Positions 19,824 through 29,700 of a DNA stretch of 64,000 nt are shown here, in pieces. A program made the position numbers and the translations under genes. Positions within the stretch are counted from its first letter, which is position 1. Every line of letters begins with the position of its first letter. The notes under the pieces were generated by a model. That model saw only the letters and a program-made list of their open reading frames with translations, ran no database searches and was not told the DNA's origin. Origin of the DNA: an uncultured Phycisphaerales bacterium (GTDB lineage: Bacteria > Planctomycetota > Phycisphaerae > Sedimentisphaerales > Anaerobacaceae); NCBI GenBank assembly GCA_963718665.1, contig OY970359.1, positions 2,144,001 to 2,208,000 of the forward strand, written 5' to 3'.

Positions 19824-20498
19824 TTATTTACTTGCCCGTCGAATTGCGTTTATGGCGGCGATTCTGTTTTTTTTGCCGAAGATTGCCCTGCCCGCCACAA
19901 GGGTATCGGCTCCGTAACCAACCACGATGGGCGTGGTTTTAATGTCGATACCGCCGTCAACCTCGACCCTGATTTTGGGGCCGACGATGTTGCGGACGGT
20001 GCGGATTTTTTTTGCGGCAGCGGCGATGAATTTCTGCCCGCCAAAGCCGGGATGGACCGTCATTACAAGAATCATATCGGCAAGATGAGCTATCTTTTCG
20101 ATTGCTTTAACCGGTGTTTCGGGGTTAAGGCAAATGCCTGCTGTTATGCCCATACCGTGAAGGATTTTTATCAATTCCGCCGGTTTTTTTTCGACCTCGA
20201 TGTGAAACGTTATATTGTTGACGCCCGCCTTGACGAAAGCGGGGGCGTATTTTCGCGGGTCGGTAATCATCAGGTGAGCGTCGAAAAACAGATTGCTGTG
20301 CTTGCGCAATTCAGCGACTACCGGCGGGCCGATGGTGATATTCGGGACGAAGTGCCCGTCCATAATGTCGAGGTGAACCATTTTGACGCCTGCCTTTTCA
20401 ATTACGGCAAGCTCGTCGGCCAGCCGCGCAAAATCAGCGGCCAAAATAGAGGGATTGACCTCAATGACGCCGGGTTTGGGCAATCTTCGTTTAATCAT
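19824..20498 (-). CDS. rpe: Ribulose-phosphate 3-epimerase
   Basis: PSILAADF, HLDIMDGHFVPN, MTVHPGFGGQ, VDGG. Confidence 0.97.
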   Translation of the reverse strand: MIKRRLPKPGVIEVNPSILAADFARLADELAVIEKAGVKMVHLDIMDGHFVPNITIGPPVVAELRKHSNLFFDAHLMITDPRKYAPAFVKAGVNNITFHIEVEKKPAELIKILHGMGITAGICLNPETPVKAIEKIAHLADMILVMTVHPGFGGQKFIAAAAKKIRTVRNIVGPKIRVEVDGGIDIKTTPIVVGYGADTLVAGRAIFGKKNRIAAINAIRRASK

Positions 20499-20539
20499 AA
20501 GCTTCCGTGCAGTATCTCGGTTAATTCTGTGGAAGGTTA

Positions 20540-21778
20540 TTATTTTTCGTCTAAGATTTCAAGGCAGACGAATTTTTTGCCTTCGAGAAATTCAAGCGAC
20601 GCACCGCCGCCCGTTGATATATGCGTCACTTTTTTATCAAGGCCGAGTTTTTTCAACGCACTTGCGCTGTCGCCGCCGCCGATGACGCTTTTGGCGCCTT
20701 TGCTTGTGGCGTCCGCGACCGCCTGGGCGACCGCCTTGGTACCTTCATCGAAGGGGGGCATTTCAAAAACGCCCATCGGGCCGTTCCATACGATTGTCTT
20801 TGCGTCGGCCAGCTTGTCGGCGAACAGTTTACGTGTCGCCGGGCCTATATCCATACCCTGCCAGCCGGCTTCGATATCGCCGGTAACGACTTTGTTCTCG
20901 GCTCCTGCCTTGAATTCTTTGGCGACGACGGTATCGATTGGCAGTAGTAATTCGCACTTCGCGGCTTTGGCTTTTTCCTGAAGTTCCTTGGCCTTTGCAA
21001 GAAAATCATCTTCGCAAAGGGAGTTGCCGACGGTTTTGCCGTTGGCCTTGGCGAATGTGTATGCCATAGCGCCGCCTATGATGATTTTGTTTACTTTGGC
21101 CATCAGGTTTTCGATGACGCCCAATTTGTCGGAGACCTTTGCGCCGCCCAAGATTGCGACGAATGGCCTGACCGGGTTGGTTACGGTGTCGCCTAAGAAT
21201 TTCAGCTCTTTTTCGACTAAGAAGCCGATGACGCGTGGTTTGCCCTTCATCATCGCGGGCACGGTGTACATCGAGGCGTTGTCGCGGTGAGCGGTGCCGA
21301 ATGCGTCGTTGACATATACATCCGCGAGGTCGGCCATCTGCTTTGCGAAATCGTCCTTTGCCTTACGCAGGGCGGGGTCATCCTTTGCTTTTTTGTCTTT
21401 GATTTCCTCTTCTTTGTGGAAGCGGACGTTTTCGAGGAGCAGGACATCGCCCGGCTTTAGCGCCTTGGCTTTGGCTTGGGGGTCTGCACCAACACAATCA
21501 TTGGCGAAGATGACTTCTTTGCCGAGAAGCTCCGACAGCTTTTTGGCGACGGGTTTCATCGAGGCCTTTGGGTCCGGCTTGCCGTCGGGTCTGCCGAGGT
21601 GGCTTGCGAGAATAAGCGAGCCGCCGTCTGCGAGCACCTTCTTTATTGAAGGCAGCGCGGCTACGATTCTTTTGTCGCTGGTGATATTACAGTTTTCATC
21701 GAGTGGAACGTTAAAATCCACCCGCATGAATACTTTTTTACCTTTGACGTTTATATCGGCTATCGTTTTTTTTGCCAT
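20540..21778 (-). CDS. pgk: Phosphoglycerate kinase
   Basis: RVDFNVP, SHLGRP, LLENVRF, GGAKVSDK, ISTGGGASLE; start at MAKKT. Confidence 0.98.
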   Translation of the reverse strand: MAKKTIADINVKGKKVFMRVDFNVPLDENCNITSDKRIVAALPSIKKVLADGGSLILASHLGRPDGKPDPKASMKPVAKKLSELLGKEVIFANDCVGADPQAKAKALKPGDVLLLENVRFHKEEEIKDKKAKDDPALRKAKDDFAKQMADLADVYVNDAFGTAHRDNASMYTVPAMMKGKPRVIGFLVEKELKFLGDTVTNPVRPFVAILGGAKVSDKLGVIENLMAKVNKIIIGGAMAYTFAKANGKTVGNSLCEDDFLAKAKELQEKAKAAKCELLLPIDTVVAKEFKAGAENKVVTGDIEAGWQGMDIGPATRKLFADKLADAKTIVWNGPMGVFEMPPFDEGTKAVAQAVADATSKGAKSVIGGGDSASALKKLGLDKKVTHISTGGGASLEFLEGKKFVCLEILDEK

Positions 21779-21812
21779 ATTCTCACCTGCTTTATAAAAT
21801 CGAATATATAAT

Positions 21813-21847
21813 AAAAAAATCGGGTCCCGGTAAATCCGGGACCCGAT
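21813..21847 (-). terminator. Terminator-like hairpin between gap and pgk
   Basis: ATCGGGTCCCGG-attta-CCGGGACCCGAT followed by T-tract on minus strand. Confidence 0.7.
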
Positions 21848-21854
21848 GGTTTGC

Positions 21855-22871
21855 TTAGCCGAGTTTCGCCATTTTTTCCATAATATCAACGGTGCGGTTC
21901 GAATAACCCCACTCATTGTCATACCAGCTAATCGCTTTAACGGTCTTGCCCTTTACCATGGTGAGCAGTGAATCGAAGATGCTCGAAGCGGGGTTGTTGA
22001 CAATGTCGCTGCTTACGATTGGCTCATCGCAATAAACGAGGACGCCTTTCATCGGGCCTTCCGCTGCTTTTTTCATCGCTGCGTTAACGTCGGCGACTGT
22101 TACCTCTTTTTTCACGTTGACGACGAGGTCAACCAGGCTGCCTACCGGGACTGGGACGCGGACCGCGAAGCCGTCGAGTTTACCGTCGAGTTCCGGGACA
22201 ACCTTGCCGATTGCCTTTGCTGCGCCTGTGCTTGTGGGAATAATATTTGCGGCTGCTGCTCTTGCCCTACGGAGGTCTTTGTGAATCTGGTCGGCGACTT
22301 TCTGGTCGTTGGTATATGCGTGAATGGTGGTCATTACGCCGCTCTCGATGCCAAAGGTATCATTGAGGACCTTGGCGATTGGGGCAAGACAGTTGGTCGT
22401 GCAGCTCGCGTTCGAGACGCATTTGATGTTCTTGGTGAGCTTGCCGTCGTTTACGCCCATAACGATTGTGGCCTCGATGTCATCTTTTGCCGGGACGGTT
22501 AGAACAACCTTCTTTGCGCCTGCCTTGATGTGGTCGCCGTAGCCGCCCTTTTCCGATGATGCCTTGGTGAACAGACCTGTGGATTCGACGACGATTTCGA
22601 CGCCCATATCCTTCCACGGCAGTTCCGCCGGGTTCTTCACGGCCAGGACTTTTACGGTTTTCCCGTTTATTATGATGTCTGAGCCCTTTGCCTCGACTGT
22701 TCCCTGCCATTTGCCTTCGACGGTATCGTATTTGAACAGGTGCGCCAGTGACTTGGCGTCTGACAGGTCGTTGATGGCGACCAGCTCAAGATTGGATTTG
22801 CGTGTCATCAGGATTCTTGTTACGGCTCTGCCGATTCGGCCAAAACCGTTTATTGCTACCTTTGTTGCCAT
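21855..22871 (-). CDS. gap: Glyceraldehyde-3-phosphate dehydrogenase, type I
   Basis: INGFGRIGR, SNASCTTNCLAP, WYDNEWGYS. Confidence 0.99.
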   Translation of the reverse strand: MATKVAINGFGRIGRAVTRILMTRKSNLELVAINDLSDAKSLAHLFKYDTVEGKWQGTVEAKGSDIIINGKTVKVLAVKNPAELPWKDMGVEIVVESTGLFTKASSEKGGYGDHIKAGAKKVVLTVPAKDDIEATIVMGVNDGKLTKNIKCVSNASCTTNCLAPIAKVLNDTFGIESGVMTTIHAYTNDQKVADQIHKDLRRARAAAANIIPTSTGAAKAIGKVVPELDGKLDGFAVRVPVPVGSLVDLVVNVKKEVTVADVNAAMKKAAEGPMKGVLVYCDEPIVSSDIVNNPASSIFDSLLTMVKGKTVKAISWYDNEWGYSNRTVDIMEKMAKLG

Positions 22872-22957
22872 TTCTGAATCTCCTTTTTCGACTGTGATAT
22901 TAAATAAGGTTTCTTTTGGTAATTGAGCGTTCCGACAGGCCGGAACACAAAGGGAAT

Positions 22958-22986
22958 AATGTATTTGCGCATCTTCTAATTGTCAA
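22958..22986 (-). promoter_or_regulatory. Putative sigma70 promoter of gap-pgk-rpe
   Basis: TTGACA-N17-TACATT on minus strand. Confidence 0.55.
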
Positions 22987-23216
22987 GAGGATTACAGGCA
23001 ATCTCTTTACTTTTCAGGCAGGGGGGTAAAAATCAAAAATAGGGTTAGGGAGCGCGTATGCGACGCGAAATTGATATTTTTTGGAAAAATTTTTATGCTT
23101 CTGTCCCATATTATCCGTGATGCCAAACAGGGTATCTGCGATTTCAAAAAATTTGCTTAGAGAAGGCGATTTTGTTCGGTTTTTGTTAGGGTTTTTCGAG
23201 GGTGCTGGCCGATAGA

Positions 23217-23280
23217 AACCACTGATTTCTCAGATGGCACAGAGAACTAAAAAACAGTGAAATCTGTGTAATCTGTGGTT
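23217..23280. repeat. Imperfect inverted-repeat element (CACAGA/ATCTGTG units)
   Basis: aaccactgattt...cacagag ... aatctgtgtaatctgtggtt. Confidence 0.5.
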
Positions 23281-23298
23281 AAGAATGGAGCGTGTATT

Positions 23299-23784
23299 AT
23301 GATAGAGAGAATAGGGCCGGTATGCAGGTTCGGGCCTGGCGGCGATTATGAATCAGTGTGGCCGGGCGAATGGATGGAGCAGGCGACGCAGCCGAAAAAC
23401 GCGATTGGCAGATTGCTGGATGTTATTGCGGGTATGACGGATGTGATTCGAGGCGGCGATCGCTGCGTCGAGGTAACCGGCCCGATTGATATAGAGCAGG
23501 AGAACAAGTTGTATGAGTCAGACGAAAGAGGAACAGGCGTCCGGCGAGGGGCTTACGCCGCGGCAGGTTCAGTTGCTAAGCACAATCGCGGGGTTTCGGA
23601 CCAGCAGGGGTTATTTGCCGACGATTGGAGAGCTGGCGCAGCAGTTAAGCATAAGCCGAGCAACCGCATTCGGACACATCGAACAACTGCGAAGAAAAGG
23701 ACTTGTGTCGGGTCAGCAGTGTCCTTCGACGAAGGCCAGGGCACGCTCTTTGAACTTGACTTCAAAGGCGCGAAGACGGCTTAA
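23299..23784 (+). CDS. Hypothetical protein overlapping the 5' part of lexA in another frame
   Basis: GGAG then ATG 23299; 161-codon open frame, of which 214 nt lie upstream of lexA. Confidence 0.4.
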   Translation: MIERIGPVCRFGPGGDYESVWPGEWMEQATQPKNAIGRLLDVIAGMTDVIRGGDRCVEVTGPIDIEQENKLYESDERGTGVRRGAYAAAGSVAKHNRGVSDQQGLFADDWRAGAAVKHKPSNRIRTHRTTAKKRTCVGSAVSFDEGQGTLFELDFKGAKTA

Positions 23785-24202
23785 ACAAATCCCTGATATC
23801 GAGCATCAAGCATCGAGCATCGAGCATCGAGACGAAGGGATTCCTCTTGTGGGCAGAGTCGCCGCCGGATTACCCGTTGAGGCGGTCGAGAACAAAGATT
23901 ACCTTTCCATCGAATCCTGCTTTGGCAATATAGGCGATATATTTGCCCTTGAGGTCAAAGGCGATAGTATGGTCGGCGAGAACATCCGCGAGGGGGATTA
24001 CGTTATCTGCAAACGAACAGCCACGGCCTCGAATGGCCAGTTAGTTGTCGCGATAGTCGATAACGAGGACGCGACCTTAAAAAGGTTTTACAGAGAAAAT
24101 AATCTTGTTCGTTTACAGCCGGCAAACGACGCATACGAGCCGATTTATTCAGACAATTGCCAAATCCAGGGTGTAGTCATCGGCCTTGTCCGAAAACTCT
24201 AA
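23513..24202 (+). CDS. lexA: SOS repressor LexA
   Basis: LTPRQ wHTH, GRVAAG.P cleavage site, GDSM catalytic Ser, ATLKR Lys. Confidence 0.95.
   Translation: MSQTKEEQASGEGLTPRQVQLLSTIAGFRTSRGYLPTIGELAQQLSISRATAFGHIEQLRRKGLVSGQQCPSTKARARSLNLTSKARRRLKQIPDIEHQASSIEHRDEGIPLVGRVAAGLPVEAVENKDYLSIESCFGNIGDIFALEVKGDSMVGENIREGDYVICKRTATASNGQLVVAIVDNEDATLKRFYRENNLVRLQPANDAYEPIYSDNCQIQGVVIGLVRKL
23798..23832 (+). repeat. Heptamer tandem repeat (ATCGAGC x5) in lexA linker
   Basis: atcgagc atcaagc atcgagc atcgagc atcgaga. Confidence 0.8.
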
Positions 24203-24252
24203 CTTTTCGTCAAACCCGTCACAGCGGGCAGGCGGATATTGTTACATCATTA

Positions 24253-24390
24253 CTATTCAAGCCACTCCTCCGCCAGAACAGCGAAATCTCTAAAATTCAC
24301 GATGTCATCTGGGCTGCCCTCTGGGTAGATGTATGCATCTATACCCTCGGTGAGCTACTCTTCGCTCATAACTTTCAGGTCAGCCACCGT
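24253..24390 (-). pseudogene. Relic C-terminal dockerin-like motif pair
   Basis: TVADLKVMSEE*LTEGIDAYIYPEGSPDDIVNFRDFAVLAEEWLE*; internal TAG where W is expected. Confidence 0.6.
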
Positions 24391-24423
24391 CGGGCCGTCT
24401 GGCTTTTTTTCACCACGTCGAGG

Positions 24424-26529
24424 TTAGCCACACTCCGGCGATGTGCATTCCAGCCAGTGATTAGCTATCTCAGCGAAATCGAGCATAGTTACCTCGCCAT
24501 CTTTGTTGCTGTCTGCACCATCGCACCAGTTATTTATCGCCGCGCAGCCGGTCTCAAGCCAATTGTCTACGAATACGGCAATATCTAATAGGTCCACCCA
24601 GCGGCTGTCTTCTTTTAGGTCCCAAGCCGAATAAAACTCAAACGCACCCATATCCACTATTTTTTGCCCGTTACAATTTGCGGTCCCGATGCGAGGGTTG
24701 CCTGCCAAGTCGGTGGTAACGCCGGTGGGCACAGCCGAGTTGTCGCCAGCGTCGATACAAGGGCTGCCCGCCTGCAGACGAAGGTCCCCGTAGTAGTCGC
24801 TGGAGTACGGATCGGCGTACGGATCGGGGTTACATATGAAAAGTGGGTCGGCGTCAATATTGCCGGTTCCTCCTCCTCCTCCTACCCAGCCGCCCTCGAT
24901 GTTGCTGTAGCTGATGATGGAATAACTATAGTAATCGTCATAAACCGGGTCAGGAAAATTACCCCACAGGATGCAGTTTGTCACCACTGGCCAGCTCAAG
25001 TAGTTGTACATCCCGCCGCCGCCGTACCATGCCTGGTTACCGCTGAATGAGCAGTTGGTAACGGTCGGGCTGCTCTCGTAATTGTCCATCCCGCCGCCGT
25101 AGGTGGCCGAGTTGTTGGTGAAGGCGCAGTTGGTCACAATCGAATTGCTGTTGTATTCGTTGTCCATCCCGCCGCCGCTGATGGGTGCCCAGTTTCCGCT
25201 GAAAGCGCAACTGGTTACAATCGGGCTGCTGGACTCGTTGTATATCCCACCGCCGGAGTCATCTTCGGCCGAGTTGTCGGTGAATGTGCAGTTTGTCACG
25301 GTCGGGCTGCTGTCTTCGTTGCCCATCCCGCCGCCGGATTCGTAGGCCGAGTTGCTGTTGAAGATGCAGTTGGTCACCGTCGGGCTGCTGTATTCGTTGC
25401 CCATCCCGCCGCAGTAGGTGGCCGTGTTGCTGCTGAAGGTGCAGTTAGTCACTGTCGGGTTACTGTTGTCGTTGCCCATCCCGCCGCCGTAACTCTCGGA
25501 CTCACCGTATGCTGAATTTCCAATGAAAGCACAGTTGGCAACCGTCGGGCTGCTCCCGACGTTGCGCATCCCGCCGCCAAAGTCGTTGGCATTGCCGCCG
25601 GTAATCGTAAAGCCGTCCAGTGTAGCGCCGTTTACTCCTACAACCACGTAATAGGAATTGTCCGAGTTGTCGCCCTGTGTACCTATATCTCCCGAGAGAA
25701 TTGTCTGATTTGTGACCCAGTTACGCTGGTCGCGTGTTGTCTCAGTTCCGGCAAAGCCGCCGTAAATGGCCACACCCTGTTTCATAACAAATGATATCGT
25801 CCGGCCGGCGTTGCCACCTGTATAGGCAGTAGAATAAGTGGTGCTAACCCCGTCGTCTATGTATGCTTTTACAGCCGCATTCGATTTTATCTCGATAGAA
25901 AACGTTACTTGTTTCCCGGCCAAAGCGCTGAAGTTACCAATTTGTTGGTAGACCCGAGTTCCATAGCCGTAGCCTAGACTTTTATCTACTTTCATACTGT
26001 AGCTGCCACTGACTTTATTTGATGCCCCGGACTCTCTTGACACGCTTCCTCCACTATACAGACAAGTTGCGTACCAAAAATCGGCGGTATATCCGTCATA
26101 CTGCCAGCCTGGTCCTCCAAATGTGGTCCCGCTATTCCAATCCTCAAATCCGCCATTATTCACAGTTGACGCAATCGTAACAAGAGCATCATCGAGGTAT
26201 GAAACCGATGGAAGCCCAAGCTGATCAAATCCGACCTCCACTTTTGTAGCGCTTGCACTTATACTCTTAGTAACTATAAGATTTTCAAAGGCGTTAGTCG
26301 TAGTCGTGGGCTTGTATGTCCCCGCCGCAACCCAGATTTCATCGCCGCCGGCCGCCGCCAATAGGGCGGATTGCAGGTCCGTATAAGAGTCAGCCCAGAT
26401 TGTGCCATTGTTGGCACCGGTTGCATTAGAATTGACATAGATAACTGCAGCCCCCGCAAAATCTGATCCGCAAATGCTACCGACGAGAACAATTATTGAG
26501 AAAACGATAAATGGTCTTTTCGCTGACAT
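24424..26529 (-). CDS. Secreted right-handed beta-helix (PbH1) protein with inserted CBM-like domain and C-terminal dockerin-like motifs
   Basis: Signal peptide, repeated GGGM.N..SSPTVTNC.F..N.A units, L..GSPCIDAG..DMGAFE, VDLLDIAVFVDNWL / DFAEIANHWL. Confidence 0.85.
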   Translation of the reverse strand: MSAKRPFIVFSIIVLVGSICGSDFAGAAVIYVNSNATGANNGTIWADSYTDLQSALLAAAGGDEIWVAAGTYKPTTTTNAFENLIVTKSISASATKVEVGFDQLGLPSVSYLDDALVTIASTVNNGGFEDWNSGTTFGGPGWQYDGYTADFWYATCLYSGGSVSRESGASNKVSGSYSMKVDKSLGYGYGTRVYQQIGNFSALAGKQVTFSIEIKSNAAVKAYIDDGVSTTYSTAYTGGNAGRTISFVMKQGVAIYGGFAGTETTRDQRNWVTNQTILSGDIGTQGDNSDNSYYVVVGVNGATLDGFTITGGNANDFGGGMRNVGSSPTVANCAFIGNSAYGESESYGGGMGNDNSNPTVTNCTFSSNTATYCGGMGNEYSSPTVTNCIFNSNSAYESGGGMGNEDSSPTVTNCTFTDNSAEDDSGGGIYNESSSPIVTSCAFSGNWAPISGGGMDNEYNSNSIVTNCAFTNNSATYGGGMDNYESSPTVTNCSFSGNQAWYGGGGMYNYLSWPVVTNCILWGNFPDPVYDDYYSYSIISYSNIEGGWVGGGGGTGNIDADPLFICNPDPYADPYSSDYYGDLRLQAGSPCIDAGDNSAVPTGVTTDLAGNPRIGTANCNGQKIVDMGAFEFYSAWDLKEDSRWVDLLDIAVFVDNWLETGCAAINNWCDGADSNKDGEVTMLDFAEIANHWLECTSPECG

Positions 26530-26869
26530 TTTTGCTCCTCCTTAATTAAGCGTGTTAGCGTGTTAAAAAGTGCGTTTATACATCGAAAACAGGTTCTCCT
26601 CATAAAACCGATAACGAATACAACAACATCTATAAATTTATGGCTCTGAAAGCAAGCAAAATGTTACATGTTTTTTATCAAAATTATGCAAAAGATAATT
26701 TGGGCAATTTGTCGCCTCGGTTTGCTTGCCCAAATAGGCCTGTTCGTTTAATTGCGAAAGTTGCATACGGAAGAGCATGGGGATAGGGCTTGTCAGATTA
26801 CCGTGTGGACATTAGAATGGCGTCCCTTCGAATATATCTTGAAAGATGATTAAATCGGGAAACCGGCGA

Positions 26870-28276
26870 ATGGAAATGAAATTAAGGTTTTTGGGGGCAG
26901 CACAGAACGTAACGGGTTCAAGGCATCTTCTTGAGGTTGACGGAATTCGTCTTCTCGTTGACTGCGGGCTGTATCAGGAAAGGCAGTTTCTGGAAAGAAA
27001 CTGGGCGCTGTTCGTTGTGCCTCCCGAAAGCATAAACGCGGTATTCCTCACGCACGCACATTTAGACCACTGCGGATTATTACCCAAACTTGTGCGAGAT
27101 GGCTTCAGGGGGAGGATTTACTGCACACAGGCCACGGCGGAGATAGCGAGGATAATACTTCTGGATTCCGCCCGGATTCAGGAAGAAGATGCCGAGTACA
27201 AACGCAAGAGACACGAAAAACAGGGCAGGAAAGGGCCGCATTCTGATGAGCCGCTTTATACGGTCAAGGATGCAGAGGCGTGTTTCCCTTATTTTGAGCC
27301 GGTAAAATACGGCCAGCAGATAAACATAGCTGGTGGTATAGTAGTAACCCTTTGTGACGCAGGCCATGTGCTTGGTTCGTCGATGGTAAAGGTTGATGTG
27401 AACCAGAACGGCGATAAAAGAACAGTGCTGTTTACCGGCGATTTAGGCAGACCCGGCAGGCCTATACTGCCAGACCCGAGCATTACCGAAAAGGCGGATT
27501 ATATTATTATCGAATCGACTTATGGCGACAGGGACCATTGTGAGACCTGCGACGTGAAAAAGCAGATAGCGGACGTTATCAACGCGACCAAAGAAAGGGG
27601 CGGCAACATCGTCGTTCCAAGTTTTGCCCTTGAACGCTCGCAGGAAATCCTGTTTTACTTAAAGGAGCTGCTGCTCGAAGACGCCATACCGCATTTGATT
27701 ATTTTCTTAGACAGTCCGATGGCGGCGAAGATTACCGAGATTTTCAGGAATCATCAGGAATTGTTCGACGAAGAGACGCAGGAGATGCTAAGGGAGCATC
27801 ATTCGCCCTTTGACTTGCCAGAATTGAAAGTTACGACGACAAGCGAGGAATCCAAGGCAATCAATCATATAAAAGGCACAGTGATGATTATCGCCGGCTC
27901 AGGGATGTGCACCGGCGGAAGAATCAAACATCATCTGGCCAATAACATCTCGCGGAAAGAAAGCACGATAATGTTTGTCGGGTATCAGGCGGTGGGGACA
28001 TTAGGCAGGTTAATCGTTGAAGGCGCAAAAAAAGTGCGAATCCACGGCGAGGAATACAAGGTCAAAGCCAAGATTGTGCAGATAAACGGCTTTTCAGCGC
28101 ACGCGGACCGCAATGAGATGCTTAGCTGGCTTAAAAATTTCAAATCGCCGCCTAAGCAGATTTTCTTAGTGCACGGCGAAGCCGAAAGCGCGCAGGCATT
28201 CGGCGCATTTTTAAGGGACAAAACCGGCTGGCAGGTCAGCATCCCCGCCTACGAAGACCAAGTCGTCCTCGATTAA
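26870..28276 (+). CDS. MBL-fold/beta-CASP ribonuclease-like hydrolase
   Basis: THAHLDH, AGHVLGS, ESTYG, FSAHAD, VHGE; start uncertain (26846-26876). Confidence 0.92.
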   Translation: MEMKLRFLGAAQNVTGSRHLLEVDGIRLLVDCGLYQERQFLERNWALFVVPPESINAVFLTHAHLDHCGLLPKLVRDGFRGRIYCTQATAEIARIILLDSARIQEEDAEYKRKRHEKQGRKGPHSDEPLYTVKDAEACFPYFEPVKYGQQINIAGGIVVTLCDAGHVLGSSMVKVDVNQNGDKRTVLFTGDLGRPGRPILPDPSITEKADYIIIESTYGDRDHCETCDVKKQIADVINATKERGGNIVVPSFALERSQEILFYLKELLLEDAIPHLIIFLDSPMAAKITEIFRNHQELFDEETQEMLREHHSPFDLPELKVTTTSEESKAINHIKGTVMIIAGSGMCTGGRIKHHLANNISRKESTIMFVGYQAVGTLGRLIVEGAKKVRIHGEEYKVKAKIVQINGFSAHADRNEMLSWLKNFKSPPKQIFLVHGEAESAQAFGAFLRDKTGWQVSIPAYEDQVVLD

Positions 28277-29691
28277 CGGTTGCGTAGTTTGTGGAGGATA
28301 TGCCAGTATGCGCCGCGTGAGCCGGTTTTAATTGCGTCAACGAGTTCGGTGTTATCGTTGTAATTGTGGTCAGTTAATGCTGCGTCGGCCTCATCAATCG
28401 GTTCGAAGAATCTTTTGTCGCCCGCGATAAAATCCTTTATCAACCTCGCGGGATTTGGGCCAAGCAGGTGCGATATGTAAAACGTCGGCCTGAACAAATC
28501 CACCGGGCCGGCATATTTTCGTTTGATGTTGGGGTTCGTTTCCATCGGGCCTTCCGCAGCCGCCGTAATCGCCATATCGGTTCCTGGGTAAACCCGCACG
28601 CCAAGCGGCGCTCCTGCGCAATCGGGATTGATTTGCTTGATGAAGTCGATTGATTCCCTGACGGATGCCGGTGTTTCTCCCGGGCCGCTGAAAATCAGGT
28701 CAATCATCACAGTGATTTTATTATCTTTGCACCACTGAACGGCATTGGCGAGGTCCTGTCTTTTATGTCTCTGGTTTAGCATCGCGTCACAGCCGGAATC
28801 ACCGGTAAAATCGATACCGATGCATCCGGCCTTTCGCATAATCGCCGCCAATTCCGCGTCGAAGGGCACGACTGCCATATATGTGTACCATTTCAACTGT
28901 TTGTCTAATCCTCGCCGCACGAATTCCTCGCAGAGGGCGTATGCGTGGTTGCGGGCGACGTTGAATTCGGAATCGCAGATATGCAGGACGTTGATTCCTT
29001 TGGCGAGCAGCGTTTCCGCTTCGTCCGCGACTTCCGCCGGCTTTCGCACGCGTACAAAAGTCCCTTTGCTTATCCGGTCGGCACAATAAATACAATTGTA
29101 GCCGCAGCCGCGTTTGGTCTCGATGCCGAGCTGTCCGCCTCGATTAAAATAGGTAACATTATCGACTGTGTCCCTGCTTGTGGAAAGCAACAACGGTTCA
29201 GGCCACGTCGGCTTATTTGTGCGAACTGTCTCATCTTCCCACCAGCTTAGCCCAGCGACTTTGTCAAAGCGTCTTCGTCCCTGTAATTGTTCGTACAGTT
29301 CGATTATCGCCTGTTCGCCGTCTCCGCGGATGCCGAAGTCGGCTTTTGTGTATTCAACAATTTGCTGGGCGAAAATCGAGAAGCCCACGCCGCCGAGGAC
29401 AATCGGTGCATCAGTGAGTTTGCGAATTGCTTTTATCTGTTCGGCCAGTTTCGGCACGAACCACTGACAGCTTGGCCAGAAGCAGTCATCGACGTTGCGA
29501 AACGATAACCCGACAAGCTCAGGAGTATGTTTGCTGAAATAATCTTTCAGCGTTGCGTCTTTATTATCGGCCAAGCACAAATCGACCAGGTCAACTTCGA
29601 TACCTGCCTGCTTGGCTGCACCTGCGATATAATCAATCCCGATAGGGGCAATCGCCGGCTGCATCGTATTGGTATTTATCAGAGTAAGCAT
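28273..29691 (-). CDS. Cobalamin-binding radical SAM protein
   Basis: N-terminal B12-binding domain (PIG..YIA..VGLSFRN.D..LGGVGFS), KRGCGYNCIYC. Confidence 0.85.
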   Translation of the reverse strand: MLTLINTNTMQPAIAPIGIDYIAGAAKQAGIEVDLVDLCLADNKDATLKDYFSKHTPELVGLSFRNVDDCFWPSCQWFVPKLAEQIKAIRKLTDAPIVLGGVGFSIFAQQIVEYTKADFGIRGDGEQAIIELYEQLQGRRRFDKVAGLSWWEDETVRTNKPTWPEPLLLSTSRDTVDNVTYFNRGGQLGIETKRGCGYNCIYCADRISKGTFVRVRKPAEVADEAETLLAKGINVLHICDSEFNVARNHAYALCEEFVRRGLDKQLKWYTYMAVVPFDAELAAIMRKAGCIGIDFTGDSGCDAMLNQRHKRQDLANAVQWCKDNKITVMIDLIFSGPGETPASVRESIDFIKQINPDCAGAPLGVRVYPGTDMAITAAAEGPMETNPNIKRKYAGPVDLFRPTFYISHLLGPNPARLIKDFIAGDKRFFEPIDEADAALTDHNYNDNTELVDAIKTGSRGAYWHILHKLRNR

Positions 29692-29700
29692 CTTATATTG

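Noticed and set aside
20052..20981. 309-aa plus-strand ORF
   Set aside because: Antisense shadow of rpe/pgk with no recognisable motifs
24960..25600. Regular repeats resembling a CRISPR array
   Set aside because: They are in-frame beta-helix coding repeats with degenerate units; no unique spacers or cas genes
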